Origin: Phallusia mammillata
Taxonomy: Eukaryota
DNA length: 64,000 bases
Direction of reading: 5' to 3'
NCBI GenBank assembly: GCA_965637545.1
Contig: OZ281494.1
Span: 868,001-932,000 of the forward strand
Translations under genes and position numbers: made by a program
In this document: in pieces, positions 1 through 12,362 of the stretch
Layout: each line of letters begins with the position of its first letter
Position numbering within the stretch: position 1 is the first letter of the stretch
Notes under the pieces: generated by a model
Told to the model about the DNA's origin: nothing
What the model saw: the letters and a program-made list of their open reading frames with translations, nothing else
The model's database searches: none

Positions 1-14
1 AAGCTGTTTAAAAA

Positions 15-130
15 TCAACATATTTAGCAAAGGAGTTTTATTTTTGTCACAGCCACCAGTGCATATATTTTAATAAACATGTTCACGGCCGCACAAAATC
101 GTCTATTCGGCCGCAGGTTGTGCACTCATG
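15..130. mobile_element. hAT-type MITE remnant in a gene 1 intron
   Basis: The reverse complement of the right end (CATGAGTGCACAACCTGCGGCC) resembles the CAGGGG..CAAC..GCGGCC termini of the other MITEs; the body resembles 49310-49385. No TSD confirmed. Confidence 0.45.
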
Positions 131-370
131 AGTTAAACATATGTCATGTGGCACGATATGGTCGTTGTAGTACCCAATCATGACATCTTATAAGTTACGT
201 ATAACTCGAAACCCAAGTATGGCTACGCATTATGCTGATAACAACTAGTCATTAATCACACCACAGTGGATTACTCACTAAACACTTCCTTGATTTAACC
301 ACAGTGCCCTGGCGAATGAAGGTTTATTTTCATAAATGTTTATTAGTGAAAAAGGAAAGCAATAACCAAC

Positions 371-3300
371 CTTTCCGTTTTCCCTCAAGCCAGTGAGCAT
401 TACGATGATGTTGGAGTTTTCCTGCCAAACCATCAACCAGAAATCGCTGATTGTCTCCTCCTTCGGACCCTGAGTGGCGATGAACTTCCTCGCGTTATCG
501 TAACCCGGTATATAAGCGGCGTTGATGTAATCGTTTCCACCGCTTTCTTGCAAAACCACTCGAGCATGATCGTCTATTTAACAAACAAATCAAGAAGCTA
601 ATAGCTGATTACGTTTCCACGAGATAAACTGATCTGTAATCTGTTTGTTAGTTTTTCGTCAAGAAGGCGCCTGGTTGATTTTTTTTAACAACGGTATATA
701 GTTGGTAGCATTTGGTAGCAACAAAACAGATTTGCTGATTAGTGTTTTATGTCATTGCTTTTCTGCTCAGTTGACTTAAAAAATACCTTTTCGCGCAAGA
801 ATCTAAGGTATTTATACGTTTTCTACTTACAAGGGAAAATGTTCTTGTACCGGTTTCTCACAGCGTTTTGCGGCAACTGTGACACGTCCCTTGTTCTCTG
901 GTTGTTTTTGCTTTGGTTTTCGACTTTCTGGAACAGCAAAATATCCAAATATGAAATAGTTTAAAACTCCGATTTTCCAGCATTATTCTGATGTGACATG
1001 TCAATAGGGAAAGTCGCTCGTGATCATTTTCTCTGTTAAAGCTGATTCAAGTGACATTACAGTGAAAACAATTCATCTGTAAATTATGTTATTTCTGGTG
1101 CAATATGATAACGCCTGATTACATGAATTTTTCCCTCGATTTATAATTCTACTGAATGTGACGTTTCCTGGTTTCGATTGTGACGTATAGTCTGTGAATG
1201 AACCTTCCGGGTTTAGCTACGTGTATTCGATTAACAAATCTTACACCAGTAACCAACCTTAAACTCGTCGGAGAAAAGAGATCCTGACTCCACGTTTTTC
1301 TTGTACAAGTCAAACAATTTGGTGGCTCTGCAGTTGGACGCCGCGGTTTCAGGAAATGGATGTTCGTAAACTTGGTTTTGAACTTCAGGCGCTAACAATT
1401 CAAAAATGAACAAGTTTTCATCAAATTGTGCTAAAATTATAAAAATAGGTGAAGTAACACAAACAAAAACACTAAATATTGTGTCAGAGTTCATCCAACA
1501 AACATCTTTGAACGAAAATGAAGATGCTAGTTGTGGAATGTATCTCGTACACTTAAAATACTCAACATTTAGTGTTAACTCATAAGTCTAGTACGATTTG
1601 TGGCAGTTCAGATGAGAAATGTGTAAAGTATGCCTTTCTGATGTATCTGTCAGCAAAGATAAAAAAAACATAAGACTTTGACAGCACCTGAAAATCCAAG
1701 GCTTAAAGATTGATGAACTCCCTCATGACTAGGTTGATCCGTTCCAAGCCTATAAAGCACAAAAGAACTTCAATTTCACTTCTATTGTGCACTCTTAAAT
1801 TACCCTCTTGACTGGCATGACTAAGCGCAGGTTTTTTCATGCATGCTATTTTGACAAGGTTTCAATATTTCGACCACAAAACGAACTATTATTGACAATA
1901 TCCATCACAACAAATACCTGTTTTTTCGTCTTAAAAACATGACCACCACCACAACAATGACAAGTACCAGAAACAACAGCCCGATCACCAGACCAGCAAT
2001 CATTCCAACACTCGTTGAAGTCGCATTTAGATTTTCTAAACAAAACAGTTTGTTACACAAGGAGCACTGCTTTGGAGCACTTGCGCAACTGTGTGTAATC
2101 AAAGATGTAAAAACCAGTTTTTTAAAAATCGTTCGGTGCTTACGTCAGCATATTGTCAGCACTCAAATCAAATGTCACGAAGCCTTCACAACTTCACGAC
2201 ATATGGGTGAACTTACGATACACGCCTTTACCTTTGGGATAACAGTTTGGAGGTAGATTCCCCGGAGTTTTTACTTTCTGATTGGATGTGATGTTTGTGT
2301 TGATTGAACCAGTGACAATCACTGTGACCTGGAATAAATAACAACGACAGTTAGCTCACATTTTTATATGCAAGCTGTTGTATTTCTTTGTACTGTTTGC
2401 TTGAAGAGTAAAATAGAATGAGAAACAAATATATGAAACAAGCATTTATAGCTTGGATAATTGCCAATCTACATAGCACAGACAAATAGTAGTCACCACA
2501 GGCAAAAGAGTAATGAATGCGGTACAATTACCAAATCACGTGACTGTGGAATGCGTGTCCGCGATTCACTTCCTTAAGGAAAATACACGAAGCGGAACCA
2601 TAACAAAAACCGGCAACGTCGAACTATATTAATTAACAAAAGTTTGCATCTTGTAAAGAGTAAAACGTTTCTCACTTGTATATTATAGACGGTAGAATGC
2701 GCCAAACTTCCCAGTGTTGTGGAATGGTCTGAATACGGAACATGGAATTTCCTGTTTAATTTCGTGAAATAGACTTCCACCTGTTAGAAACAACAAGGAT
2801 TTCGATGTTACTGCATTTTGCCTAGCGAACGTTTTCTAACTAGCGCAAACTGATTAAATCGAAACGTAATATTCATTATGTTGAAAAAATCAAACTAAAA
2901 ATGACGTATTGAAACTAATTCCTTTACCTTTGCATTTAAATTGTGTTTGTTGATGAACTGATCCAATCCAGTCCAACTGACAACAACTGATGAGGCATTG
3001 CATTCAAAGGTCGTGGTATTGGTGGCAACTGTTGATGCATAACGAAAAAGTTAAGGTCCCAGAAAACACACATAACATAGCTGCTAAGATCAACGTCAGT
3101 GACGTTTGCAAAAGAATAACCATCAGCACAAAATCAAAAGCAACTTGGCCCAGGATTGTGTTTGGAAACAATAACACTTTTAAAACTAAATATGTGAATA
3201 CGTGGTTTTTGCTTGTTGTTTTACGTTTTTTTTTTAATTTAATGTAGGTTAAACCTTATTTTATTTCTACTGGTGTGAATGTGACGATATGTATGTCAGC

Positions 3301-5325
3301 AAATTGAAGGTATTGGGCAAGTTCTGTTGCTCATTACACAAGAACGAATTGTTATTTTACCTGTAGGAAAGCAGTTTGGAGGGGGATTTCCCGGAGTTGT
3401 TACTGTCAGATTGGATGTGATATTTGTGTTGATCGAACCAGTGACAAACACTACGACCTGGAATAAATAACAACGACACTTAGCTCACTTTTTTGTATGC
3501 AAGCTGTTGTATTTCTTTGTACTGTTTGCTCGAAGAGTAAAATAGAATGAGAAACAAATAAATGAAACAAGCATTTATAGCTTGGATAATTGCCAATCTA
3601 CATAGCACAGAAAAATAGTAATCACCACAGGCAAAAGAGTAATAAATGCGGTACAATTACCAAATCACGTGACGATGGAATGCGTGTACGCGATTGACTT
3701 CCTTAAGGAAAATACACGGAACCATAAGACAAACCATACAAAAACCGGCAACGTCGAACTATATTAATTAACAAAAGTTTGCATCTTGTAAAGAATAAAA
3801 CGTTTCTCACTTGTATATTATAGACGGTAGAATGCGCCAAACTTCCTAGTGTTGTCGAATGGTCTGAATACGGAACGTTGAATTTCTTGTTTAATTTCGT
3901 GAAATAGACTTCTACCTGTTAGAAACAACAAGGATTTCGTTGTTACTGCATTTTGCCTAGCGAACGTTTTCTAACTAGCGCAAACTGATTAAATCGAAAC
4001 GTAATATTCATTATGTTGGGAAATTCAAACAAAAAATGATGTATTGAAACTAATTGCTTTACCTTTGCATTTAAATTGTGTTTGTTGATGAACTCATCCA
4101 ATCCAGTCCAACTGACAACAACTGATGAGGCATTGCATTCAAAGGTCGTGGTATTGGTGACAACTGTTGATGCATAACGAAAAAGTTATGGTCCAAAAAA
4201 CACACATAACATAGCTGCTAAAATTTCTCTTAGTGAAACAACGACAGTGACGCTTGCTAAACAATAACCATCAGCACAAAATAAAAACCAACTTGCCCCA
4301 GGATTGTGTTTGGAAACAATAACACTTTTGAAACTAAATGTGTGAAGAAGTGCTTTTTACTTGTTGTTTTACGATTTTTTGTAACCCTATTTTATTTTTA
4401 CTGGTGTAAATGTGACAATATATATGTCAGCAAATTTCAGTTATTAGGCAAGTTCTGTTGCTCATTACACATTACACAAGAACCAATTGTTATTTTACCT
4501 GCAGGAAAGCAGCTTGGAGGGGGATTTCCCGGAGTTGTTACTGTCAGATTGGATGTGATGTTTGTGTTGATCGAACCAGTGACAATCACTGTGACCTGAA
4601 ATAAATAACAAGACAAATTTGTTTTGTTTAGAAAATATTGAAGCAAAAAGGGTAGGTTTGTTTAGAACAGTGCTTGGTGATACTTAATACGAACATTGAA
4701 AAACCTGCATCGTTATTAATTGGAGTTTACAATTGCCGGAAGAAAGCTAAGCGCTGCAGTATCATAATGTGGCGTACTGAAAGGGTTTCGATAAACGTGT
4801 AGTTATCTAATTACAATTAAATCAGCAAACAAGTTAAGCCGATACACCACTTGCATTACTGCTTAGAATGTATTAAGATAGACTTGATATAGCCATTAGT
4901 AAAATAAATTAAGGTGAGCAAAAAGTCTTACTCATGTCTCGTATTAGCATGAAACTCACTTACGTGTATAATATTGACTGTAGAAGGCGCTAAACGTCGT
5001 ACAGTTGCCGATTTTTCTGAATACTGAACGTAGATTCTCTCCTTCAACACAGGTGTGAAAATCTCAACCTGAACACATTTAACTCAAGGAGTAAAATTAT
5101 TTTTTCTCGAACTTTTACCACTATATTCCAGATAATAAAGGTTTGTAAGGAGGCAAACAATCGTAAAGGTGTAAAATGTTTGTTGAGACTCAAAAAATTG
5201 ATCTGTTAACAGTAACACCTTTACCTTTGCAATTAATCCGTTTTTGTTAATAAACTGGTCAAGTCCAGTCCAACTGACAACAACCGTTGAGGCGTTGCAT
5301 TCAAAAGTCGTTGCGTTGGTAACAA
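371..5325 (-). pseudogene. Gene 1: receptor-type tyrosine phosphatase paralogue, 3' part only (3 FN3-like modules, TM, juxtamembrane, start of PTP D1); 5'-truncated at ~5646 and continuing off the left edge
   Basis: Minus-strand exons with GT-AG and consistent phases: 5325-5225, 5068-4964, 4595-4499, 4163-4063, 3915-3811, 3457-3361, 3028-2928, 2780-2676, 2328-2232, TM 2035-1918 ([29 protein letters not shown]), 1749-1688, 1391-1258, 927-831 (RNRYKNIFP), 573-371 (DYINAAYI...FIATQGP...DFWLMVWQE...IVMLT). No CTL or signal exon upstream on this strand. Confidence 0.85.
2232..4498 (-). repeat. Two ~1.13-kb tandem copies of the three-exon FN3 module including introns; a third, more diverged copy spans 4499-5645
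   Basis: 2232-3360 and 3361-4498 align through exons and introns (e.g. 2330-2920 vs 3460-4060). Confidence 0.9.
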
Positions 5326-5645
5326 CTGTTGATGAATAACGAAAAAGTTATGCTCGCAAAATACACATAAAATAACAGCTAAAATTTCTCTTAGCAAACA
5401 AAACGTCAGTGACGTTTGCTAAAGAATAACCATCAGCACAAAATCAAAAGCAATTTGGCTCAGGATTGTGTTTGGAAACAATAACACTTGAGAAACTAAA
5501 TGTGTGAATAAGTATATTTTTTTGTAACCATTCAAACCAAATGTCACTAAGCCTTCGGTGTTCAAAAACAATAACACTTTTAAAACTAAATGTGTGAAGA
5601 AGTGCTTTTCACTTGTTGTTTTACGGTTTTTTTGTAATTCAGTGT

Positions 5646-8600
5646 ATCTTGTGGATGCAAACACTGCACAGGAGAAATGTTCTTTGCTGGGTGGAAATCT
5701 TGCAATGACTGATGACCCACAGATCAACACAACTCTCACTCAACTCATGACAGAAAAATACACAGCAGGTTTACATAGAAGCAAGAGATTAACACTGGGA
5801 ACATGAAAGTTAGACATAATTTAAACACGCGTTTTATACATACTTTGAGAAATTACTTTAAAAAAAACAGGATTTGCATTATTTTTGCACATACATCTTT
5901 TACTATTTGTGCCAAATGTGATTGTAATTATTGAGTGCAAAAATACAGCAATAAAAATTAAGTAATCGTAAATATCTTTAGATTTGCAGAGGGTTTATAT
6001 CTTTTGTGATACAGCAGACAATAGACGATACAAATACTCATACAATCCGACTGAAGTGGGTTGGACTAGTACAAAATCTCTCGGACATCTGTGGTATTTC
6101 GACTTGTACAAAACGTAACACGTTGTAATATGATCAAAATCCTAGCATGAAAACATACGTTTCGTCCTCCAGCAATCCCGAAAACACGAGTCAAACAGTT
6201 TACTTCTGCAATGTGACAAACCCGAATGACATGAGGTGGAATGTGACAATTGGAAGAAATTGTGAATTTAAAGGTTTTGAGTTTTTCACTGCTCAGTAAC
6301 CTTTATACGTCTTCAACATAGTTCTGATAAAAAAAATCTCTTGACGGCAAATGGAATTACATTAAACAGAGCAACATTTTGTGAAACACGAAAGATGGTT
6401 GTTGCCAGAACTATAGAAGCACAAAGACACATTTTCAAATGCTATACGCCAACAAAGCCAGAATATACAAATCATAAAAAGATTTTCTATTTTTCGCCAA
6501 AACTGTAAGCTATTTATTGTGGCCTGTACAGTATCTATCTCGTTTCAACTTGGCCCTCTTGTTTTTCTTGGCGCTAGCCAAATAAACTAATTTTTTCGTT
6601 GTATTTGTTACCACAAATGTTTGTTTGCAGGATGGGCATTTCAATATTCCTTATTTTCCGACACCAACACAAAGAAAATTCAAAAAGAAATATTTAACTA
6701 TGCAAGATACTCACAGCCATATTCAAGCAAATTACGAGGTGTCAATGAGCCGTATGAAACTTTTACCAAATACGAAGGATCGTTCCTGGCACCAAGTGAG
6801 CGTTAGGTCTCGATACAATAAAACGGCAGATAAACGTTTCGTTTGAAAAAATAGTATTTGCAAATTGTTTTTCAGATATTAACGTTTTCGTTGGAGTTCG
6901 TTACAACACGTCGTTGAATGGTTGGTATTGGAGCGACGGATCTCCGGCAAACTTTCCAGTTTCCCACGTTACAACTTGCCAGCAGGGAGCGTTGCATTAT
7001 GGGATCGGATGGGAGCAGTCAAGCATGAACTGTAGTGGGGAACCGGCTTACTACGCTTGCCAAGCTAAATGTAAGTAATTATAAAACGATTTGTTTGATC
7101 ATATTTTTATTCCAAATTACATACTGGGCTTCATACAGTTTCGGGAATCGTTTAATTGTTTCTTTGCATTTTTGTTTCCTATTTATTGGTACATTTGCTT
7201 CACTTTTTTTTCCAACAAGTTTCACCACATGTTTTAACATTTTTACCACTATTGGCATTTAACATTTTTGGTCCATTTTAGTCAAAGCCATTGTGGAGAA
7301 GTTTAACTGCAATGCAACAACTGTGGTGGTCAGTTGGACTGGACTTGATCAGATCATCAACAACAACAATGCAAAGGTAATGATGTATGATCAAATGTTT
7401 TTTTTTGGTTTTGTATACTATGTCTCTTTGCAAATGTTGCTTTCAGGTCGCAATTTATGTTTTGGGAATAAACAAGAAAATCGTTGCACCGTATGCAGAT
7501 AAAAACACAATTATTGGAAACCTAAGCTTTGCAACAGAATATAACATCGCTGTAAGTTTTTAAAGCATTAAGCAAGTTTGGTTCGATTGATATAGAATAT
7601 ACAACAACCTAAACAATTAAGTTGCTTTGAAGCAGGGTTCCAAACAGGCGACCCGCGGGCTCATGCGGCCCTGCAAGAGTTTTTGTGCAGCCTGCGAAGT
7701 AACTTTCAGAAGTTACGTGTTTTACACTGGCGGAATAACCTGTCAGACCCCTGTCAGTTTAACAACAAAAATCGAAACAGCTCCTCTTTAGAATCAGCAA
7801 TTGTGATTGTTGCGTCATATTATTTACATTGTTACGTCATTGTAGGTCATTGTGTTCATACAAAGTTGGTTCTTTCACTTTGCTACACTGTTTATCTGTT
7901 TGTTATTTTTTTTTATAAAGAACGAACATTTAGGTTTTTAATCATGCATCATTTTTGTTGTCACGTTACAGTGTAACAAATGTTTCGTTAGTGCGACCCT
8001 CGATTTACTTAAAAGTTTGTTTTTGACACCCCTGCTTTAAAGCACAATTGGATTCGATGGGTCACCGTCCAAGTTGTAAATTATGAGACGAAAAACATGT
8101 TATAATAACGGCTTGTTACTAAGCCTAATCGTTGATATTGGATCTCTTAAAAAAACATAAAGCTTTGTTAACCTGAATCCATTCGATCTTTACAGATCAT
8201 AGCAATACTTACTGGATACCCAGTCATGAACGTCTCAACTTCCACATCAGTAACAACTTATGGAAACCCCCCATCGAGTTGCTATCCTTCAGGTAAGTTT
8301 ACGTGTTTGAGTTTTTATTAATGTGCGGGTGAAAAAAGGTATTTAAGTGATTTTGTTAGTAAACACGACTGCGGAGACATTCATGTGCGACGCAACAACT
8401 GTGCTTGTCAGTTGGAATGGACTTCATCAATTCATTAACGAAAACGCACTAACAGCACAGGTTTAAAGGATGTTTGTGTGTTGCCAAACGGTTATTTGAA
8501 ATCGATGTACATTCAGGTTGAAATTCAAGTGCACGGTTTAAATCAATCAATCTATGTTCCGTATTCAGCCCATTCGACATTAATAGAAGATCTCATTCAA

Positions 8601-10178
8601 TCTACCTTTTATGAAATTGAGGTAAAGAAGATTTGTCGATTGGGCGTAAATAGAATAGAACTCTCTGTTTTACCAAAAGAAGGAGTAAACTTGTCCGTGA
8701 CATAACATTAAAGTAATTAAGACACGAATCATATTTGTTTTGATTTCAGGTCACAGTCATTGTTACTGGCTCAATAAACACAAACATCACATCCAATCTG
8801 AAAGTAACAACACCGGGTAATCCCCCGGCAAGCTGTTTTCCTGCAACGAGTGCTGGTATGATTGCTGGTCTGGTGATCGGGCTGTTGCTCTTGGCACTTG
8901 TCACTGTTGGGCTGGTGGTCATGTTGATACGTCGAAGACACAGGTTTTTATATATTGCGATTCAAATTAGTGCTTTTTAACACTTTTTAGTCCCATGCAG
9001 ACATTTCGTCAAATTTGCGGAACCGCATTAAAAATAATCTTAACACTTTGAGGTTAAATAGACGAAAAAAACATGCAGTTTTAAACAAAGTCTAAAACAC
9101 GACTATATAAAATTGATTCAATAAAACGATTGACCGAGCTTGTTGCTTTGCTTGTCTCGCAATTCGGCAAAAAGTGTAGTTAGGCCTGGATTTACTACGC
9201 CATTATCGATCGAAGGTGTAACTAAGGTTAACTAGATTGAAGAGGTGAGCGTCACTGTTCGCAATAATAATGTTTTAAATCATTCGTGTTTGAAATGTTA
9301 CAACAAACTAGCCTTTGACTTCACGCCACGACTCTAAGTGTTGCATTGAACGCAAGAGTTCCGCGGAACCTCGGTTGAATAGCATTAATTTGAATTGCCG
9401 TTTTATTCCTTTCATTGAAGATGACAAACGTTTTCAGAAAAAAAATTCTTCTAAAAATGTAGATGATTTTAAAAACTATTACAGTTGAACAAAACTTTCA
9501 AAAATCCTTGAAAACAGTTCAGCGATTCCTTGTTTTTTCAAACCAACTTTGTAACTTGCAGCAGTAAAATATACGGACCACACGCCGGCTTTTTCCAGCT
9601 AAATAATCAGACTATTGAGAAGAATAAAAATCAATAACTGCCGCACATCCTTTAAGGGTATTTGCACGTAATGTGAGAGTCTGATGAATGTATTTGTATC
9701 TTAACTTGTAGTTAAGACTTACACTTTTATGTAATTTTCTGTCATTTGATCGCAAATGCTTAATTTCCCCTTCAAGATCATTTCTATCGGAAAGATAACA
9801 AAAGTAGCTATTTTATTTCAAACCATTTTAGAGCTTCATAACCCGTTTTGGCAAAATAATAAAAAATAAAAATTATAAGTCAATAGTGGTAGCAAAAGCG
9901 GTCACCAATTATGTCTTCAACCAATATAAGAGAATATTAAGGCGCAAACATTTTTTATTGTTTCCAGCAGACCAAAGCATGAAAAACCATGTAAGAAACG
10001 AGAAACACATGCCCAGCCTTCACATAAAAAACAAAATGGTGGGTAAAACTTACTGGCAAAAAAACATTGCAAAGTAATTTTATTTAATTTTGTTTCAGCG
10101 CCCTCTGCTGGTGACGATGACCCAGAGCACAAATACGAACCATTTGAAACAGAAAATGCTTACGAAGTGCCAACATAA
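5646..10178 (+). pseudogene. Gene 2: CTL(+insert)-2xFN3-TM receptor with a short Tyr-motif tail and no PTP; lacks promoter, signal exon and first ~17 codons of the CTL exon
   Basis: Exons 5646-5768 (partial), 5982-6114, 6173-6273, 6631-6795, 6876-7070 (WYWSDGS...C...W...C), 7282-7376, 7447-7551, 8196-8292, 8360-8460, 8517-8621, 8750-8943 (TM), 9971-10038, 10099-10178 (APSAGDDDPEHKYEPFETENAYEVPT*). All phases compatible; AATAAA at 10235-10240. Confidence 0.85.
7633..8034. mobile_element. hAT-family MITE
   Basis: Imperfect TIRs CAGGGTTCCAAAC / GTTTTTGACACCCCTG; 8-bp TSD CTTTGAAG (7625-7632) / CTTTAAAG (8035-8042). Confidence 0.85.
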
Positions 10179-10657
10179 TTCACCTTGTTTACTGTCTGTC
10201 TCTAATAGCTTTGTAATTTCCTTTGCAAATACCTAATAAATGCAAATTTAATTGAACTAGATTGCGGTTTTTCTTGTCAGTTTAAGTACAACGTGCACCA
10301 ACTATAATCGAGTGTCGATGTTGTAATTTTTTGTCGGGACGAATATAGCAATCTGGTCAAAATTACAAAGAGATATCTAGGCACTATGAATGGAAACAAT
10401 AACGTAATACAATCACTTATGTATCTTTGAGGCTGATTTTTTAAACTAACCTACTAATAGATTTGCCTGTTGTTAGTGCAACAAATATAAAGCTAAACTT
10501 TTATAAAATGCTGTAAGACAGCGTCACGTCAAATGTTACAGTTCACGACCACAAACTATCCATATTCATATATTGAGTGACAAATTTTAGGAGTTGTATA
10601 AGCTATTGCTTCCAGGCATAGTATCAAGTTTTAAGAGCTCTTCTGGCAAATGTGATT

Positions 10658-10709
10658 TTATTCCGACGTTTCGACGTCCTATACAGGTCGTCTTCATCAG
10701 GGTAAATAA
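10658..10709 (-). ncRNA. Minimal type I hammerhead ribozyme (Penelope-like-element/retrozyme type)
   Basis: Minus strand reads TTATTTACC-CTGATGA-AGACGACCTGTATAGGACGTC-GAAA-CGTC-GGAATAA: intact CUGAUGA and GAAA core, stem II GACG/CGTC plus CCT/AGG, palindromic ACGU stem III, GUC cleavage triplet, stem I CC/GG plus TTATT/AATAA. Confidence 0.8.
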
Positions 10710-11299
10710 CACTGAATGCGACTGGTACAGTGCACGATAAACAAAGGAAAAAAAGAATAGAACGCAAGCATGTCACAACGCAAGGAAAACAGACGTTGTG
10801 TTTGCTTTACACATTCGCGGTCAGACCAACCTTTAAACTCAGGTTGTATTGATTACATAAGGTTGACGACAACCTTTGCGCAAATTCGCTTTTTTATGGC
10901 CTTGTCTGTTTGTCGTCGTCGACGTCGGTTTGAAACAAATACAGTGGGGTTGGTGCAAAGAACAACATATATAAGGAAAAGATGGTTTTTGAATATACGA
11001 CCACGAAATAAACACACTCAAAAAATTATTTGCAAAGCTTATGTATAACTGACATAAAATCTATAGGCACAAGGTCCACTTTTACGGATACAAACATATA
11101 ATTAAAACTTGTTTTCATTGGTGAATGGACAAATACCAGTTTTCCCATGCAATCAGTTGCTCTGTGGCTATAGTTTAAAACTTGAACATGGAAAAGTGCT
11201 TTCCAACTTAAAGTGGGAAACTACAGTTTTTGTTTCAAATAACTTACGCGAGAGTTTAGAATTCGTTAAAAAAACTACTCTAACAAATTAAGAAATGGG

Positions 11300-11640
11300 T
11301 GTAAACCTGTCGTGTGCAGACTTGCATGTGAGCTGATGCTAAAGAATAAAGGTTAAAAATTTAATCTCAACTGCGCCTGAATTCTCTGGTGACCACTCAA
11401 TCTTTTATCTGCAAATACACAGTACATGAACATATGCAAAGTGAAAGTAGCGCGATATTCTAGCTTCAATAAAGATTTATTACTCACCAACACAATGCTT
11501 GCGGTAGATCAACAAACGTAATTTAACACGTCGGTAAACAGTTAACGTGTAAATCGGAAAAGAACAAACCACTTTCGTTTCTGCAGGTACATCTGTTCAG
11601 TGTTCATAGTACAGCTTTGAAGTCGATTTTTCGTCCACTA
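11300..11640 (+). promoter_or_regulatory. Conserved non-coding block upstream of gene 3 (paralogous to 19730-20050 and 32590-32720)
   Basis: Shared CAATGCTTGCG, GGTAAACA (11533-11540) and ACTTTCGTTTC (11571-11581) followed by YAG, in otherwise divergent intergenic DNA. Confidence 0.6.
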
Positions 11641-12362
11641 CATGGATTGTTTTTCTTTTACAATAAATCAAGTTAGTCACATCATTTGAAAGAGATTAGC
11701 TTGTGTACAAGTTTCAAACTGTTTTTTGCCAGAAGTGTAATGATGCGCAATGATGGTAATAAACCTTCAAAACTGGTCAATGGCGTAAATCGAGACGTTT
11801 TTGAAATTAAAACGGGAATTAACTTTCGGTCCTTTTCGATGTAAGACAGGATTATACCAATGTGCTGATCTGTAGATTTAGTTTTAACTTCAAGTTGGCA
11901 CATTAGAAGTCAAGTGACAAGCAGGTGCAGTTGTCTCTTGTGTTGTGTTTCACAAAAGTAAACTACCTTTTGAAATGGAGTGTTTGAACTGAACAGTATC
12001 AGACACTTTAACAAGCATCAGTCACGACCACCGTTTATGTGAATAAATAACTAAGTGGAAAATATTTTCCTAGTAACGGAATTAGTCGACGAATATCGTT
12101 ACATATATATAATTATACATGTATATATGTATCACATAATGACACCTTCAGTTCCTTATTCAAATATAATTATATATACAAGAACTAAAGACGCCATAAG
12201 ACAAAACTGGTTTTTGTTCCAAGATTTTCATCGACTGATTTCGTAACTGGGAAAATATTTTCCATTTTTCTGTCTTTTGGAATTGTGATTGTTATTTTAG
12301 AATGTAGAAAGAAGTTTGTTGAGCCAATAACTAATTTATGAGCAGCACAGAACGTTCAAAAT

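Noticed and set aside
9350-9400. MITE in the gene 2 post-TM intron
   Set aside because: Only a GTTCCGCGGAACC...GGTTGA fragment is present; no paired TIR or TSD found.
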